Below, piece after piece: positions 12,221-24,953 of a stretch of 64,000 nucleotides of DNA. Position numbers and translations under genes: made by a program. How positions within the stretch are numbered: position 1 is the first letter of the stretch; each line of letters begins with the position of its first letter. The notes under the pieces are model-generated. The model saw only the letters and a program-made list of their open reading frames with translations. It did not search any database and had not been told where the DNA came from. The DNA comes from Octopus sinensis (lineage: Eukaryota): NCBI RefSeq assembly GCF_006345805.1, contig NC_043019.1, forward strand, positions 5,083,360-5,147,359, in the 5' to 3' direction.

Positions 12221-12753
12221 TAATTTTAAGCACTTACTATATTCAAGTACAAAGTCTTCTTTTTTTTTTTTTTTAAATGCTATCAGAAGTGTTGTCAGAA
12301 TCGTTTCATTTTCAGAAACAGGAATATCTGATTCATAGTCACAAACGTGATTTGAATGTTTGCCATTATATTTTGCTGGATTTTTCTAGGTCTTCTTTAG
12401 AAAATATTTCCACTTCAAACTCATTGCCTGACAAACATGAGAATGGTATCCAGTTTTCGTCCATAGTGAAACATTTCAGAAAATCAAAGAGGAAAAAAAA
12501 AGAAATTTCCAAAACTTAGCAGTGCTCAAATATCATATAAATTATTTCAGACTGTGTAATTCAATTGTTTACATAGTGAAATCCCATGTTTTCACAAATG
12601 TACTAACAAGATTTGCACTGAAATTCACTTTAAAATATGAACAGGTCATTTCACACAGGTACAGGTGGTTTGGTAATGAAAGGGTTAAACTTGCTAATAG
12701 CTCCCTCAAATTTAAGAAATCTCCCCCGTAAACAAGAGTTAAGATTATCTTAC

Positions 12754-12827
12754 CTTTACTTTTATCCAACTTGTAAATCTGCTCATAATCTCGAACAGCT
12801 TCTTCATATTTTTCTAAATCTGAGTAG
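12754..12827 (-). CDS. DNAJC7: DNAJC7 exon (YSDLEKYEEAVRDYEQIYKLDKSK)
   Basis: aacag/gtaaga sites, 74 nt, phase 2-1, TPR-like. Confidence 0.95.
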
Positions 12828-13353
12828 CTGTTAGAAATATAGGGAACAATGGAATCATTTCAGGCTAATAATTCAAAAATGTTTGACAAAAATAATATCT
12901 TCAGTAAAAAGAAATAATTTCTTATATAGGTACATGGACAGGTAAAAGGTAAGGGGTTAGGACAGGGTACACTGATTTACGTCAACTCCAGTACTTCACC
13001 GATACTTTATATTATCAACTCCAGAAGAACAAAAGATAAAGGAACTCAATACCCTTGACATTTTGATAATAATGTCTGATGTCTACAAGGGTGACGTGTG
13101 AAGCAACTTAACAGAGACAGCATACAGTGCAAGAAAATGAAAGCAATGTCCCTAGGACAAGCACCCAGGGGCCAATCAAGGAACATCACAGATTCTGGAT
13201 TATCCTGATTACCAAGGTTGTCATCTCCCAACCAACATTCTATGCTCTCTAGATATTCGTTGAGAGTAGACCATGCTTACCACTTCCACCTAGCTTTTGA
13301 TAAATCGAGTGAAACATCTTCCTCACTCCACCTTTACATCTATACACACACAA

Positions 13354-13682
13354 AGGTTCAGTCCCACTGCGTGGCACCTTAGGCAAGTGTCTTCTACTAT
13401 AGCCTCGGACCGACCAAAGCCTTGTGAGTGGATTTGGTAGACGGAAACTGAAAGAAGCCCGTCGTATATATGTTTGTGTGTCTATGTTTGTCCCCCCAAC
13501 AACGCTTGACAACCGATACTGGTGTTTAGGTCCCCGTAACTTAGCAGTTCAGCAAAAAGAGACCGATAGAATAAGTACTGGGCTTACAAAAAATAAGTCC
13601 TGGGATGATTTGCTCGATTAAAGGCGGTGCTCCAGCATGGCCGCAGTCAAATGACTGAAACGCGTAAAAGAGAGAAAGAGAA
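13354..13682 (+). mobile_element. SINE family A, 5'-truncated, followed by an inverted degenerate head (13685-13820)
   Basis: Homology to other family A copies. Confidence 0.85.
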
Positions 13683-13997
13683 AGGCAGGCAGGCTTTCAG
13701 TTTCTGTCAATGAAATCTACTCATAAGACTTTGGCCGGCATGAGGTTATGGTAGAAGACACTTGCTCAAGGTTCCACAGTGGGACTGAATTGGAACAATG
13801 CAGTTGGGAAGTAACGTTGTAAGTCAGGTGTGTGAGGTTGGATGTGGTCAGTTTCAATAGACAACAACAGGTAGAATATTTAGGACAGATATGGCTGGAT
13901 TAGATGCAAAAGGGTTAATCCTCATGGCTGAGATTAACATCATCCTAACAAAACATGATGTAACTCCACACTTCTGTGTGAATAAAGATGTATTTAA

Positions 13998-14195
13998 CCC
14001 TTTAGCATTTATGCTGGCCATATCCGGCCAAAAGTATTCGGCCTGTTTTATGTTCAAACTGGCCAGATCTGGTCTCTCACACCAACCCTACAATATCATT
14101 CTAAAAATTAACAGCTACCTCATCAAAATCTCAAAGCTACAAGATAATGCATGATTAGTTCAAAACAATGTGGATGAAAAAGGATTAATTTTGGA
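13998..14195 (+). mobile_element. Family E MITE, 3'-truncated (inverted fragment at about 13860-13918)
   Basis: TTAA|CCCTTTAGC start, homologous to 23117. Confidence 0.75.
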
Positions 14196-14248
14196 TTACG
14201 AATATGAAGAGAACTAAAAGTAATGTCCAGTAATAGAGATAGCCTTAC

Positions 14249-14340
14249 CTTTTTGCTCTTCTTAAGTAGGCCTTTATATAATAATCATCTAACTCAATTG
14301 CTTTTGTACAGTCTTCGACTGATTCCTCTAATTTCTTCAA
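14249..14340 (-). CDS. DNAJC7: DNAJC7 exon ([30 protein letters not shown])
   Basis: ttctag/gtaagg sites, 92 nt, phase 0-2, TPR consensus. Confidence 0.96.
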
Positions 14341-14822
14341 CTAGAAAAAACAAACAAATTACTTCAATACAAGACCACTGCTTCATAAAAATAAAATACA
14401 CAGACAATTATTTATTTTAGAATTAACTGAAGGAGAGAAAAAGTTATGTTCTCCAGCCTCTCTCCTAAGAAGTACTTCAATTAAAACATAGGTTGGCAGT
14501 TCTGATTCAAGCACATACGAAAACCCCTCATAACTTTTTATTTTTATGAATTTTCAAAAAATTTTTTTCGATTCCGTCTTCTGCATAATGGAATTAATAC
14601 AATTATCTAATAAATATTTTTTTTTAAATATCAATTTGTTTCTTTACAAATGCAAGCAGATTTTAAATAATCTAAGCTTTCAAATAATCCAAATGCAGCA
14701 GGTATTCATTCTAACAACTCTAACTATAATAGAAAATAATTTCTCTGCAAGACTAGCGTTGGTCTGAAATACAGTCTTGAATGAATGATGCTACTTCCTA
14801 TCTCTTCACATGTAGCAATTAC

Positions 14823-14855
<33 letters not shown>

Positions 14856-14862
14856 CCATTAA

Positions 14863-15072
14863 CCCTTTCGTTACCAAACCGGCTCTGGTTCTGAGTACAA
14901 ATGTCTTGTTTTCATAAGTTTTGAATTAATATCTTCCACCAAACCTTAGTCACAATTTATGTTCCCAACACTAGCTGACTGATAACTAAGTTATTTTACT
15001 AAATTCTTTGTCATAGTTAAAGTAATTGAAAGAAAGACATAGTATCTCAAAATAAATACAGTAACGAAAGGG
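14863..15072. mobile_element. piggyBac-like MITE, second family
   Basis: TIR CCCTTTCGTTAC/GTAACGAAAGGG, TTAA/TTGA flanks. Confidence 0.75.
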
Positions 15073-15129
15073 TTGATGACCGGAATAGAAAAAAAAAAAC
15101 AGAAATAAAATTAAATTAAAAAGACATAC

Positions 15130-15294
15130 CTTTGCAGAAACTGTAGCTCGATTAAAATACAACTTTGAGTTTGTGTATTTATTGTGAGGGTCAATTAAAA
15201 GAGCTTCTGTGTAGACTTTGTAAGCATCTTCTAAGTTGCCCATGCGGAAAGCCTGGTTGCCTTCCTCTTTTTTACTCATCATCAACTTGGCTTT
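15130..15294 (-). CDS. DNAJC7: DNAJC7 exon (KAKLMMSKKEEGNQAF...KLYFNRATVSAK)
   Basis: tgcag/gtatgt sites, 165 nt, phase 0-0, carboxylate-clamp TPR residues (K..GN, N.A). Confidence 0.96.
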
Positions 15295-15349
15295 CTGCAA
15301 TAAAAGATATTATAAATGACTATATAGTTGGGTTACACGGATGAATTAC

Positions 15350-16045
15350 TGCTGACGTACAGAGACTGGTGCAGCAGCTTAAACACACACACACACACAC
15401 ACATCCTAGATCAAAGCTGGGCTGAGTGAGAAAGAATCCCTCACAAATACCAACTCACACTGCTACAACTGTCTCTGGTTCCTTTCAACACCTGCCAATA
15501 CTTACTTGTACTTGTGGCGACATTCACCCTGGGCGGGTTGAGTCGGCTTCTTTTACTTCATGGAAGAAGTTTCATGGGAATATGTGGATTTCACAAGCAG
15601 TCCCCAACAATCCCGCATGTGGAGACATCCTGTTTGCCGCAGATTGTCCATCCCCTCCCCACCATGGTGGGGACGCTGGCAATGGGTAGTGTCAGAGCTA
15701 TGCCGTCGGGAACTTCGGTTCCTGGTAGGGCCACCCAAGGCGGATTGGTCTGTCACCAAGTGGTATTAGGGCCACAACCTGGCAGACAGGGCTCTGGTGA
15801 AAATCCTCGGAGTGACCTGCCTATGAGACTATCTTTTCCTCAAACTTCCTTAACTGAGTTTCCATCCCAGAATCCCTGTAAAATATTTCACCTTGTCCTT
15901 CCTTCCCAGAATTTCAACACCCTGAAACCCCACTTAAGCCCCAACCTGCCCATGGTTGTGCTAAACTGCATCATTGCTAACACATCACAGTCATTATCTG
16001 TCCTCCCCATAATACTGAGAATTCTTATTCTTCCCTGCTCCAAGG
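15350..16045 (+). mobile_element. Probable 5' region of a non-LTR retrotransposon, degenerate
   Basis: GC-rich block containing GAGCTATGCCG...GGTAGGGCCACCCAAGGCGGA, which I recall from LINE 5' UTRs. Not verified by search. Confidence 0.45.
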
Positions 16046-16148
16046 AGTAGGCTAGAATTGTCACTCAGAAAATCCAAACAATAAAAAAATAAAATTTTTT
16101 AGAGAATAAAATATATAAAATCAAAATAACAAGAAGAAAAAAACTTGC

Positions 16149-16302
16149 CTTATAAAGTTCTTTAGACTTTTGATGATCTGGAACCAACTTTAAGACTTGT
16201 TGGAAGTGCTGGAATGCTTTTTCAGTGAAATCTTGGTAACAGAGACACATGCCACGTACAAAAAGCGCATCTGCGTTCATATTGTCTCTTTGTAAGACAT
16301 CA
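16149..16302 (-). CDS. DNAJC7: DNAJC7 exon (DVLQRDNMNADALFVRG...HQKSKELYK), GC donor
   Basis: ttttacag acceptor, donor AAG|gcaagt, 154 nt, phase 2-0. Confidence 0.93.
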
Positions 16303-16558
16303 CTGTAAAATACAGTTGGGAATTGTTAATGTATTGAAATGGAAACAAATCTATGGGATTGATACAATTTAAAAGACTGGGATTGAAAATATTTCACACT
16401 AACAGATCAGGATGCAGCTCATGTACACACATGCACACACGTATGACATTTGGTTTTGTGCTGATTACATCCAACGCAGGATGAAAGAGTTTTGAGAAAA
16501 ATGTAATACAGCCAACAGAGTTTTTCTCTCTCACACAAAAAAATAGAAATAAAATTAC

Positions 16559-16677
16559 TTTGCCAATTCATGAGACTCTTGGAGTCGGCCCAACATAGCG
16601 AGAGCCTCAGCTTTCTTGATCTTAAACTTCAAACAGTTAGGAGATAAATTTAAGCATCTGTCAATATAAAATACTGC
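16559..16677 (-). CDS. DNAJC7: DNAJC7 exon (AVFYIDRCLNLSP...KAEALAMLGRLQESHELA)
   Basis: ttttcag/gtaatt sites, 119 nt, phase 0-2. Confidence 0.95.
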
Positions 16678-17085
16678 CTGAAAAACAGAAGAAAAAAGAA
16701 AATTTTATTACTTCTTGGTTCAATAAAAGCTTTACTGACTGGCATTATCATACATCGAATGTCAAACAACAGGCAAATCTCTTTCAATGATAGTGATTGG
16801 TCTAAGGTCATTAATTTAATATGGTGCTGCTAACCGATTAAAATTACATATGACAGTAAGATACAGCCGTGAAAATAATTTTCTGTAACAATACTTTATA
16901 CAAATACAAAAACTAAAAATTATTGACCTTACAGACAGGAAGAAGAAAAACTAAATTGGTTATTAATTTCAGTCGTCATTAGGATGTATCCCAGAGCAAG
17001 GAACATAATTCTGTTTAGCTCAGTACAGTTCTGATGACAATTTCCTCTTCAGAGCTGAGTGATCACAGCTGGAGGATTGTCTGGC

Positions 17086-17471
17086 TTACTCTTTACTCTT
17101 TTACCTGTTTCAGTCATTTGACTGCGGCCATGCTGGAGCACTGCCTTTAGTCGAGCAAATCGACCCCGGGACTTATTCTTTGTAAGCCTAGTACTTATTC
17201 TATCGGTGTCTTTTGCCGAACCGCTCAGTGACGGGGACATAAACACACCAGCATCAGTTGTCAAGCAATGCTAGGGAGACAAACACAGACACACAACACA
17301 CATACACATATATATACATATATACGACAGGCTTCTTTCAGTTTCCGTCTACCAAATCCACTCACAAGGCATTGGTCGGCCCAAGGCTATAGCAGAAGCG
17401 ACTTGCCCAAGATGCCACGCAGTGGGACTGAACCGGAACCATGTGGTTGGTTAGCAAGTTACTTACCACAC
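17086..17471 (-). mobile_element. SINE family A
   Basis: Homology to 5712-6102. Confidence 0.9.
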
Positions 17472-17819
17472 TGTAAAAACATACTTGTTACTTGTAGTAG
17501 TGTCAATTCATTTGGAGCAGATGATTAACTACAACCCACACACGCAATCCTATCAGTGGATTTTGCACAAGGCCTGAATTTTGGAGGAAGGGAACTAGTT
17601 GATTACAATGACCCCAGTATTTCACTGACCAGTAATTTACCGACCCGGAAAGGCAAAGTCAGCCTCGGCAGAATCTGGATTTTCAGAATATAGCAATGGG
17701 TGAAATAGCACTAACAATTCTGCCAGTTCAGCTACGACTTGCAGGGTAAGTAATTAACCTTTTCTTTTTTTTTTCTTTGTTTTTTAAGAGTAAATTATCT
17801 GTAGATTAAAATGACATAT

Positions 17820-18950
17820 ATATTCATGAACTTAATATCTATATCGTCCAAAATTGGTCATTTGTTCTAATCAAGGCACAGTTTATATTTTTCAATAATG
17901 TGTAGTCTATTTATTGTACAGAAATTCCATTGCATTGGTAAATAGGGAAAATTTTGAAGTCTGGTTTGGAGATTCCCTTCACTTCTCTCTATGCTTTCAC
18001 TTAATGTTATTTATTTGTATCTTGGTAAAGAGTTCTCTATGCAGAGTTGTTCTCCATCTGAGTGACATACTTGTTTACTGTATATAGTTGTGTCCACATC
18101 CTGCACAAGTTACGGTGTAGATTAAGTTTTTGGATGCACACATAAACAGTCTTAATCTCTGTCTTTGTTTAAAATATAATTCTGAACCTTTCAATATGTT
18201 CACAGTTAAGTTGCCTGCATTTTTTAACTCTTGATTCTGTTGTTGCTGGATATAATTTTGCATCTATCAGAATTCTCTTTAGTGATTTCAGTTGGTTTTA
18301 CTTTAAATGAATTTGTGTGTGCTGAGAATTTGATTCATCTTAAGGTCCCTGATGAATATGGGTAAATTTTTGAGGAATAGCGTTATATGCCTCATTATTT
18401 CTAAGTTTGTGGGTACAGATACAGAGTAGTATCTTTAAATCGGGTGCGTTATATCGCTTTACTCCTTAGTGCCTGAATATCAATTCTCTTGGCACATTTT
18501 ATCCCATCATCTATTACAGTACTTTTCAACATTTTTGCTGGAGCAGAACCCCAAGGAAACATTCGAGGAACCCCTGTGCAATAATTTAATAGTCTTTTGC
18601 ACACATATCTGCACAGGAGAATTAAAAATTACTGCCGATTTTAGCAGTTTTGTAACTTCTTGCGGAACCCCTGGACTGTACTGGCGGAACCCTGGTTGAA
18701 AACCACTGATCTATTAAGTGAAGGTGGGTAATGACTCTTGACAAGTATAGTTTTAAGTTGAAGTCATAGATCTCGGGTATTTTTATCAGATACTATGGTG
18801 GAAATCCTTTTCACTGAATTTAAGGGGATATTTATTTTTAATGTGTTTCGGGTGGCATAAGATGAATAGCAGGCATTGCTTGGGGTTTGTGCATTTATAA
18901 TTAGATGTCAGTTTCAATTTAGTTGATTTTTCTAATTAAAATGTTAATAT
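17820..18950 (-). mobile_element. Degenerate Penelope-like element (GIY-YIG: KNLIYTVTCAGCGHNYI)
   Basis: GIY-YIG motif at about 18075-18135. Interrupted by a hAT MITE. Confidence 0.7.
18517..18708. mobile_element. hAT MITE
   Basis: CAGTACTTTTCAAC/GTTGAAAACCACTG termini, perfect 8-bp TSD atctatta. Confidence 0.88.
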
Positions 18951-20249
18951 ATATTCAGTTATGAAAGAACCCAGTTAAAGCTGGGCACAATCAGTTGCTA
19001 TCAGTTAAGTACCTTCCATAACATTCAGCACACCACCCCTTTATCTCTTCAATGCTTCTCCATTATTGACTATAATAGTCTCAATGCTGACAGTGGAGGC
19101 TGTAATGTAACCTAACATGAGCAGCATAGACTGAGCAGAGACTCAAACCTTGGCTGTCTTGTCTTTTATTCACAGACACACAAATAAACACACAAGCATG
19201 TGCTGTTTCTCTAGATTACAGCACATGCCCCATTCCTGCCATACATGCTTTGCACACACACACACACATATATACATGTATATCACCATCATCTAAATTC
19301 TGGTGCCTTCCATGGAATGGTTCAACAAGATCTGACTAATCAGAGGACAGTGTCATCCTTCAATATCTACTTCAACACAGTTTCCATGGCCAGATGTTCT
19401 TCCTAATGCCAACCACCATACCAAGTGTACTTGGGTACTTTCTTTGTGGAAACAGCACTAGTGAAGATCATCTTGCAAGATTAATTTTCAAAGGGCCAAA
19501 AATGGCCCCTTATAACAAGGGGAGAATAGAGTGAGGATTCTAGAGGAGGTAATTAGGAGTGTAAGACAAGAGCAACAGATTTGTACATGTGATACATATA
19601 TGCATGTATGTTGTGTATGTGTGTGTGTATAGGAAGGAGTGTGCGTGCGTGCACACATGATAAACATCCCACAATGCATTTGCTGTCCCAATATTGATAA
19701 CGACTGGATTTTCAATGTAGCAATTGATGAACACAACTTTGATCATAAAAGACAGCAATATTTTCAGTGGGGTTAATTAATGGAATTGCATGTGTACAAA
19801 TATCTCGTGATTGTCTCCTGACATGTGACCTTCCATGGATGGCAATAATCACACAATACAGGTGAGATCACCTCTGGTCTCTCTACCATACAGAATTTCA
19901 ACAATCTGCAAGTTTAAGACATTTCATTATTTAATGGGAAATCTTATTTTTCTCAAAGTGCAAGTTGTTCTTGGCTTCAGACCATTTAATGTAGCTCCAT
20001 TCAATGCTACATGTTGCCAATTAACAATGTTAACATTTAGTGACTAAACAGGAGGAAAAAAAATGCTCAAGGTTGCATGAACCCAGGGAGGTGATCATTG
20101 GCAAATTCCACAGAATTATGTATGAATTATACTATATTCATATATTACATACATCACTAATTATGAACTCTGAAATCCCAGTAAAATAAAATCTGTATAG
20201 ATATCCTGTATTCTTTGCCTTTAATATCAAAGTATAGAAAAAATTATTT

Positions 20250-20527
20250 CGATTTGGGATTTGGTTTGCAAGATTCTTTATATGAGTTTGTGTGTTGAAG
20301 CATATTCTGTTGTGTCTGGGGAGAGTCATTTTCTTTTTGTGCCTTATTATTTAACACACTCACCGGTAAAATTTCCACTTATTTTCAATAGTCAAGACTA
20401 TTGAAAAGGTTGCAACATGCAATGAAAATTTTAGAAAATAAAAATAAGAAATAAGTGGAAATATTACCAGTGAGTGTGTTAAATAATAAGGCACTAAAAG
20501 AGAATGACTCTCCCCAGACACAAGAGA
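20250..20527. mobile_element. Fold-back element family F
   Basis: Same inverted arms as 9372-9886. Hammerhead-like motif at 20398-20434. Confidence 0.75.
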
Positions 20528-21739
20528 ATAGAAAAAAATGTTTAGTCAAAAATACATTGAGAAAGTTCGCATATCCTCAAAGCTGAAAACAAATTCGAAA
20601 GTAGCCTTTGAAATTTATTGGTGTTGACAGTAAAAGCATTTCTGCTGTGAAGTCAACCAGTACAAAAGGATATGCAATTTACAATGTAAGCATTCTGTTT
20701 AAATATTATCATTATCAAATACCTTTTGTTTTTTTGTTCAATGAAAATGAATAAAATACACACACACACACACACACACACACAGGGGTGAGTGGACAAA
20801 GGGAGAGAAAAAGCAGCACTCAACATATGGTGTAGGAGTTGCATATATTATTTAAAACAGATTTGGTCCCATGCAACAAAGTTTCGTAGGCACTTTTTAC
20901 AGAAACCTAGTTGATCAGGCTCAGTTAGGTCCATTAGAAGAACTACATTATTTCAGAAGCAGAAAAATTTTGTATTTTAGCAGTTTATATTAACATTTTG
21001 AAAACGATAGTATTTATGTATTAGCCTAATTGATTATTTATTATTTTAATCTTCATATTAAATAATCCATACTAAAGTTTGACTGCAAAAATTCCATTGA
21101 CTATATGTCTACCAGTTGTACCAAACTAATATAATCACTATCATACAAAAACTCTATTATCTATCATAATGATCTAAACTGTTAGCTTGAACAATATTCC
21201 ATCATTTCACCCTGAATATGGTGATGAACAGGGGGTAAAAATGGACAACATCTAGTTTGCACATATATGTTCCCCTAATATGTAGGGGGTAAAAAAAAGT
21301 ACTATATACACTATATACACAAATACTGTATTTAATGATATTCAAAGATTCTTACCTTTGAAAATTTAAATATGGTAGCTGCATTGCAGCATTGGAAAGT
21401 AGCAAAAACTGCTACTTGTAGCCCAATTTCATTATAACCAAACACAAACACAGATATTCAGAATACACTGAATGCCACTATAGAATATGATAGATTGGAA
21501 TGATTTTTTACCCTACTACCTAATCACACACACACACGAAACATTTCTCAAAAAGGACTCTACATATAGACTGAAGAAGAAAAATATTTATCTGTAATAA
21601 AAGCATTTTATATATATTTTATTATATATAGTTTTTAAAACGACTAAATTGGTTTCTACCATTTAATTTACAAAATAAGTTTGTCTTCATACACAACATT
21701 TTGGAAACAAATGGGCAGTGAATACTAGAAGAAAAATAA

Positions 21740-22040
21740 CCATCTTTGGTTTTAAGACAAAACGTGTTCTTCCATCAGGATAACATTCCAAAGGCTTGGA
21801 CAGTTTGAATGGGAAACAATGTCCCACCCATCATATTCGCCAGACATTGCCCCATTTGATTATCATTTGCTCCACTCTTCAAAATCATTTGAACGGAACA
21901 AGGTCAGAACAATACTAGGAGTATTTTTCGTCACAGACAAGAGCATTTCGGAAGAGGAGTCTTGCAAGTCTACCAGATAGATGGAAGAGTATTGTAAAAA
22001 ATGGAGAGTATATTTTAGATTAAAAAATAACTTAGTTTAT
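21740..22040 (+). pseudogene. mariner transposase C-terminal remnant
   Basis: Translates in pieces to VFFHQDN, HPSYSPDIAPFDYHL (mariner YSPDLAP motif) and GLASLPDRWKSIVKNGEYILD*. Confidence 0.8.
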
Positions 22041-22510
22041 TTTTATATTGACATTGTATGGTAGATGTGGAAGGCCAGATCCAATCAATTTGAACATAAA
22101 ACGATTATTTTGGCCGGATGTGGCCAACTTAAATGCTACAGGGTTAATATAAACTGGTGAAATAAAAAAGAACTGATATACAGAGCAGAAACAAACATGG
22201 AACAATGACTAATGACAGTTTTGGTAAAATAGAGACTGGAGAATAATTAGAAATAAAACTTGTAACTATAGAAGGATCTAAAATATATTTTCTTTAAAAC
22301 TGTAAGGAAGATAATTCGTAAATTTTAATCTAGAAAGGTGAGGTAGTAAACTATAACAATACAGCTATGTTCCCAAGCTTGGGTTAAGTTCACGCACTGT
22401 GGTGATGTGTAAACACAGTTCTTCAGTGACTGTAGACAGGATGACTAGAAGCAGATAATATTAGGAAATGAACACTAAAAAATTATGTACCCAACAAAAT
22501 ATAGTTCATT

Positions 22511-22806
22511 TAAGAAACACACAAAACCGTTAGATTCATTTCAACATTTAAATTTAATTTGTCGAAATATTTTCGGCGCTCTGAGACCGCGACCTGTTCA
22601 CTGACAAAACTTTGTGCTGTCAGTGAACAGGTCGCGGTCTCAAAGCAACAAAAATATTTTGACAAATGAAATTTAAATGTTGAAATGAATCTAACGGTTT
22701 TTGTGCGTTTCTTAAATGGCTTATAAACACCTTCCACGCTGCAATTGTTTTCGTTCCAGCACACGATCTCAGATCAAGTCACTCGCTATGCAAGTACATC
22801 TCCGTA
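22511..22806. mobile_element. Fold-back element family G (PLE-like terminus), hammerhead-like motif on each arm
   Basis: About 95-bp inverted arms around 22606-22617. The right arm and tail match 41755-41953. Confidence 0.78.
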
Positions 22807-23116
22807 AAAACATAGTTCATATCAGTCATAAAGTAATGTAATAGAAACAAAGTACTGACATATTAGAAACAAATACATGCAAAATAATGTAGCAACACGT
22901 GAAATAATAATGAAGCAACATACATGAAATAATTTTATATATATGGGAAGTAATAATGAATTTAATATGAAAATGAAGCTAGGGTATTAAAAAGAGGTTA
23001 TACATGACTAATATTACAGACATGCATGCTTTGGCATGTGTGAGGGGAATGTGCAACGAAAAGGGTAAGAGGTGAAATCCTACTCTGTAGATTAGGTATT
23101 TCCAACCTGTATTTAA

Positions 23117-23337
23117 CCCTTTAGCATTTAAACCGGCTATATCCGGCCAAAAGTATTCTGCCTGTTTTATGGTCAAACTGGCCAGATCTGGTCTCTCACA
23201 CCAGCCCTACAATATCGTTTTAAAAATTAACAGCTACCTCATCAAATTCTCATAGTTACAACATAAGGCATGATTAGTTCAAAACAATGTGGATGAAAAG
23301 GCATTAATTTTGGCAGAATAATGTGAACACTAAAGGG
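23117..23337 (+). mobile_element. piggyBac-like MITE family E, intact
   Basis: TTAA TSD, TIR CCCTTTAG/CTAAAGGG. Confidence 0.9.
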
Positions 23338-23729
23338 TTAATAGCATGGATTGTGTGAGATTCCAGTTAGTCAACAACAACAATATATAACACTACACAC
23401 ATTTTACTGAATATATCCCAAAACCTGATCCTTTAAAAATTAACTCATTGAAACACAGAGGTGGGGGGGGGCTTAAGAAACTAGATCACAATGCTGCCTC
23501 TCCATAATGGAACATCCAATAAGAAACTGACTAAAATTTTGTAACAAATTCATATCTAGTGACCGACCTCACAATCTAGAAGTTAAGAACTATTATGAAA
23601 TACGTCCAACCCATGCTAGCATGGAGAACGGACGCTAAATGATGATGTGTACATACATGTGTGTGTGTGTATATATATATGTGTGTGTGTGTGTGTACGT
23701 AACTGTGTGTGTATGTATATGTATATATT

Positions 23730-24077
23730 TTTTTGTTTCAGTCATTTGACTGCAGCCATGCTGGAGCACTGCCTTTAGTTGAATAAATCAACCCCAGGAC
23801 TTATTTGTTGTAAGCCTAGTACTTATTCTATTGGTCCCTTTTGCCAAACTGCTAAGTTAGGGGACGTAAACACTCCAACATTGGTTGTCAAGCGATGGTG
23901 GAGGGACAAACACAGACACACACAAGACAGGCTTCTTTCAGTTTCCGTCTACTAAATCCACTCACAAGGCTTTGGTTGGCCTGAGACTATAGTAGAAGAC
24001 ACTTGCCCAAGGTGCCACGCAGTGGGATTGAACCTGGAACCATGTGGTTGGTAAGCAAGCTACTTACCACACAGCCA
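23730..24077 (-). mobile_element. SINE family A
   Basis: Homology to other copies. Confidence 0.88.
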
Positions 24078-24953
24078 CACACACACACACACACACACAC
24101 GTGTGTGTATATAGTCCAACCCATGCCAGCATGGAAAGCAGATGTTAAATGATAATGATGATGATATACGTGTGTGTGTGTATGAGTGTACTAGCTTAAA
24201 AGCTGCCCGATAGAGAGGCTTTTGTGCTACCTCCTGTGGAGGGATCTTCATTAGGCCTTGGGCCCAACAATGACACTCCATGCATTGAGTATAAACAATA
24301 TTTTCAAGCAATGAAAATTTCCACCAAAACAAGGATATAATTTGTCAACTCGGAATTTATTGCAAAGCTGCATGACAAACACAAACAATACCACCACTAT
24401 CACCACCACATTTGCCATACACACCATTCAGACTTCTGACGCCACCACCATTAATACCTTTGATTTCACCCACTCCCCCCACCACCACCATCATCACTCC
24501 TAACTACTTCAGCTACCACCAACTACAGCTCATATTATTACTATCAACCCATTACTATCAGGGTTCAGTCCCTCTTTCTCTCACATATCCACTCTTTCTT
24601 TCTCTCTCTCTCTCATTATTACTCCCACTGCCACCATCAACACTACTACTTTTAACAAAATAACTCTCCCTAAATTTCTTTCTTTCTCTCTCTCTGTCTC
24701 TTCACAACCACCCTCACCGTCTTTATGCCTACTATTACTCTCACCCTAGCACAAGAAATAGTAAAAGTGTCATTGAATAGTGAGAGGAGGAGGGGGGTCA
24801 AAGCGTGACACACTGACACACTGAAATTAGTTTTTGCATTTATTATATTAGATGTATGTATGTATGTGTATATATATTAAACCTATATAGAAATTTGATT
24901 AAAAAACAACGAATAAAAAAAAAATTGCTGAGGGAATATCTAAGTATATTTAA

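Noticed and set aside
15514-16050. 178-aa antisense ORF
   Set aside because: No recognisable domain. It lies in a GC-rich probable retroelement remnant.
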